Below, piece after piece: positions 16,479-18,449 of a DNA stretch of 18,449 nt. The notes beneath the pieces were generated by a model, which saw only the letters and a program-made list of their open reading frames with translations, did no database searches and was not told the DNA's origin. Position 1 is the stretch's first letter; the number at the start of each line of letters is the position of its first letter. This stretch comes from an uncultured Oligoflexus sp. GTDB lineage: Bacteria; Bdellovibrionota_B; Oligoflexia; Oligoflexales; Oligoflexaceae. Location of the stretch: positions 1 to 18,449 of the forward strand of contig CAXSGP010000094.1 of the NCBI GenBank assembly GCA_964236955.1, written 5' to 3'. A program made the translations under genes and the position numbers.

Positions 16479-17189
16479 TCAGCTCAATGTGTAGTCGAGA
16501 AAATAAGGCAAATCAGTTCGATCGATTTGCTGCATCATATCCAAGGCGGCAACTTTAGGAGATACGAGTTTTCCCTCGTTATGCAACTGAGTAAACCGTT
16601 CGACATGAGGAAAATCCTCAGGCTTTTTCTTTCTCACTTCGGCTTGCATAGGTGTATCCATGGGACCTGACGAATAAGAGATAACTTTGATATCTCTTTG
16701 AGCCGCCGCCATCTCCGCAGCCAAAACTTGTGAAGCCATAAGTAGGGCCGCCTTGCTGCTACAGTAAACCGACCAGCCTTGATAAACCTTACGGGATGCC
16801 CCACTGCTAACATTGACTATTCGCTGCAGCTTATCTTTATAAACTGATGCCAGAATATTCATAATTCGGAGGGGTGCGGCGACGTTGAGCTCAAGAGAGC
16901 GACTGATTTGAAGCCCTTCCATGCTGCCGTAGGGTCCCGTAGGAGCTATAGTCCCGGCACAGTTGATCAGGATAATCCGCGACCAGTCCTGTCGAGGCAG
17001 GCTTTCCCGCAGTTTATCCTCCCAGGTGCCGCCTCGACTCAGATCAAAATGGAATTGGTAGAGCCGAGGGTTTTTTGAATTGATTGAACGGCGCGCCATA
17101 CCAATAACCGTAGCCTCACGGTCCAGATAAGCCTGCGCCAACTCTAAACCTAGACCTGAGGTATGACCCGTTATCAAAACTAATTCCAT
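16479..17189 (-). CDS. Short-chain dehydrogenase/reductase, sepiapterin/benzil reductase-like
   Basis: TGHTSGLG, INCAG, VNVSSGA, catalytic YCSSK, GPMDTPMQAEVR. Confidence 0.9.
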   Translation of the reverse strand: MELVLITGHTSGLGLELAQAYLDREATVIGMARRSINSKNPRLYQFHFDLSRGGTWEDKLRESLPRQDWSRIILINCAGTIAPTGPYGSMEGLQISRSLELNVAAPLRIMNILASVYKDKLQRIVNVSSGASRKVYQGWSVYCSSKAALLMASQVLAAEMAAAQRDIKVISYSSGPMDTPMQAEVRKKKPEDFPHVERFTQLHNEGKLVSPKVAALDMMQQIDRTDLPYFLDYTLS

Positions 17190-17298
17190 AAACCTACCCT
17201 CTTCATTCAGTAGCGTATTCTAGGCTTAATTTTCGCGTTCTGAATAGCGGAACTTTTGCTGAAGCTGAGGCGGACTGACGGTTTCATACTCGACTCGT

Positions 17299-17329
17299 AA
17301 AAACGCGTTGCAGGGCATTTTGCAACGCG
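17299..17329 (-). terminator. Intrinsic terminator after the ATP-grasp gene
   Basis: Minus strand CGCGTTGCA-AAATGCCC-TGCAACGCG then TTTTT; perfect 9-bp stem. Confidence 0.75.
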
Positions 17330-17369
17330 GCCATCGGAAAACGATTAAACCCAGTGCGATACGGCCTGA

Positions 17370-18449
17370 TCAGGCCTTGACCGTCTCCTCACCATTCCAC
17401 TCCACGCCATCCATCATACAGGCGGTGAGGTTCATCTTCTGTTTCCAGCCTAGATAGAAAAGATAGCCATAACAGATGATTTGGTAAAACGCGGGAATTG
17501 GGTCTCTCCAAGTAAATATGACATCGCGGGCCCGCACGATATCGGCGAGCTGTTCTCTTAAACCTTTATTCTTTCGCAAAAGTGCGGGTAATGCACTGAG
17601 CATGCCGAGAGTGACCTGAGCCCGTTGCCGACTACTCAATACGGGCAAGGGACGCGAGGGATCGCAGATTGCATAGCCGATCATCGCGGAGTCAAAGAGA
17701 TGCACTCCACTTGTGGGCCTGGGGTTGCACTCGATAGCTGCGATCTGACCCTGTTTATTGACGATGAAATCCATAGAAATGATACCGTGATAACCTGTCG
17801 CCGCGACAAAAGCCTCGACCCAGGCTCGGATTGCCGTTTGATCGATCTGCCGAAACACGACGCCCACGGAACCCAAGATCACCGTGGGACGGTAGACAAG
17901 GTGGGCTCCAACCTTACCGTGATGCACAATGGTGCAGGAGCACAGCGTTTCACCCTCAAGCTTTTCCTGAAGGGTCCAGGATCCGTCCGCTTCCGCGCCA
18001 TATTGTTTGGGATGGACACCAGCTTTGGCAAAGACCACGCCCTGACCCGCACGTGAATAGACCTGTTTCAGTATATAGTCCCTCGCACAATAATCGGGAA
18101 GCGGGCCACCTTCCTCCCGATAAAGGGTCGACTTGGGAACAGGGAGCCCAAGGTCAGCCGCCATTTCAATAAATTTTTGTTTATGATGAACTGCGAATAA
18201 AAGTTCGGGCGTCGGAAAAAACAGCTCGCACAGCTCTTTGAGTTGCGGTGCGAAGCGAGCGAGATGGAGCACGTCTTCACTGGCCGGAACGATAAGATCG
18301 ATCTTTTCGCGTTTGACGATATCGAGTATACGCTGCCGATACCTTTCAAAATCAAAACGAGGCGAAGGAACCCGATAGCTACGCGATACCGCCCGCGACC
18401 CCTGGCAGAGGTGGGTGGGATGACTGTCAGCCGATATCACCGTGGCTCC
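17370..18449 (-). CDS. ATP-grasp domain protein (5' end outside the window)
   Basis: Frame open to the window edge (GATVISADS...SRAV); IDLIVPASED, HHKQKF, GLPVP, ILKQVYSRAG, LQEKLEG, ISMDF, IECNPRPTSG. Confidence 0.88.
   Translation of the reverse strand, partial: GATVISADSHPTHLCQGSRAVSRSYRVPSPRFDFERYRQRILDIVKREKIDLIVPASEDVLHLARFAPQLKELCELFFPTPELLFAVHHKQKFIEMAADLGLPVPKSTLYREEGGPLPDYCARDYILKQVYSRAGQGVVFAKAGVHPKQYGAEADGSWTLQEKLEGETLCSCTIVHHGKVGAHLVYRPTVILGSVGVVFRQIDQTAIRAWVEAFVAATGYHGIISMDFIVNKQGQIAAIECNPRPTSGVHLFDSAMIGYAICDPSRPLPVLSSRQRAQVTLGMLSALPALLRKNKGLREQLADIVRARDVIFTWRDPIPAFYQIICYGYLFYLGWKQKMNLTACMMDGVEWNGEETVKA

Noticed and set aside
13290..17189. Selenocysteine (UGA) recoding in the selenium genes
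   Set aside because: SelD and SelU have Cys at their active-site positions; the TGA codons of selU and the SDR fall at normal protein ends.
13290..18449. Selenometabolite biosynthetic cluster (selenoneine-type) including the ATP-grasp gene
   Set aside because: No SenA/SenB-like genes; selU explains selD; a terminator separates the ATP-grasp gene from the operon.

Overview
Bacterial chromosomal window; the gene style (many orphan lipoproteins, a receiver-TPR protein, a secreted subtilase) suggests Bdellovibrionota/Oligoflexia, which is inference only. The left ~1.4 kb is more AT-rich and holds a decayed tyrosine integrase on the minus strand (in-frame TAA plus a 1-nt frameshift). Between it and a stand-alone, Cys-free ribosomal protein S4 gene (rpsD) lies a highly structured 315-bp spacer: an anti-Shine-Dalgarno hairpin, a perfect 14-bp inverted repeat pair enclosing an intrinsic terminator, and a ~110-bp imperfect palindrome with two inverted IHF-like sites. 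This candidate integrase control switch/att region is the most unusual thing seen. The rest is: small orphan proteins and lipoproteins, a polar amino acid ABC transporter, a coiled-coil/ricin-B lectin lipoprotein, rlmI plus an MFS transporter, an atypical receiver-TPR protein, an S8 protease, a DCC1-like thiol-disulfide protein, a tightly coupled SDR-selU(mnmH)-[FAD oxidoreductase::selD] selenium operon, and a 5'-truncated ATP-grasp gene. All calls come from reading motifs by eye; no database searches were run.
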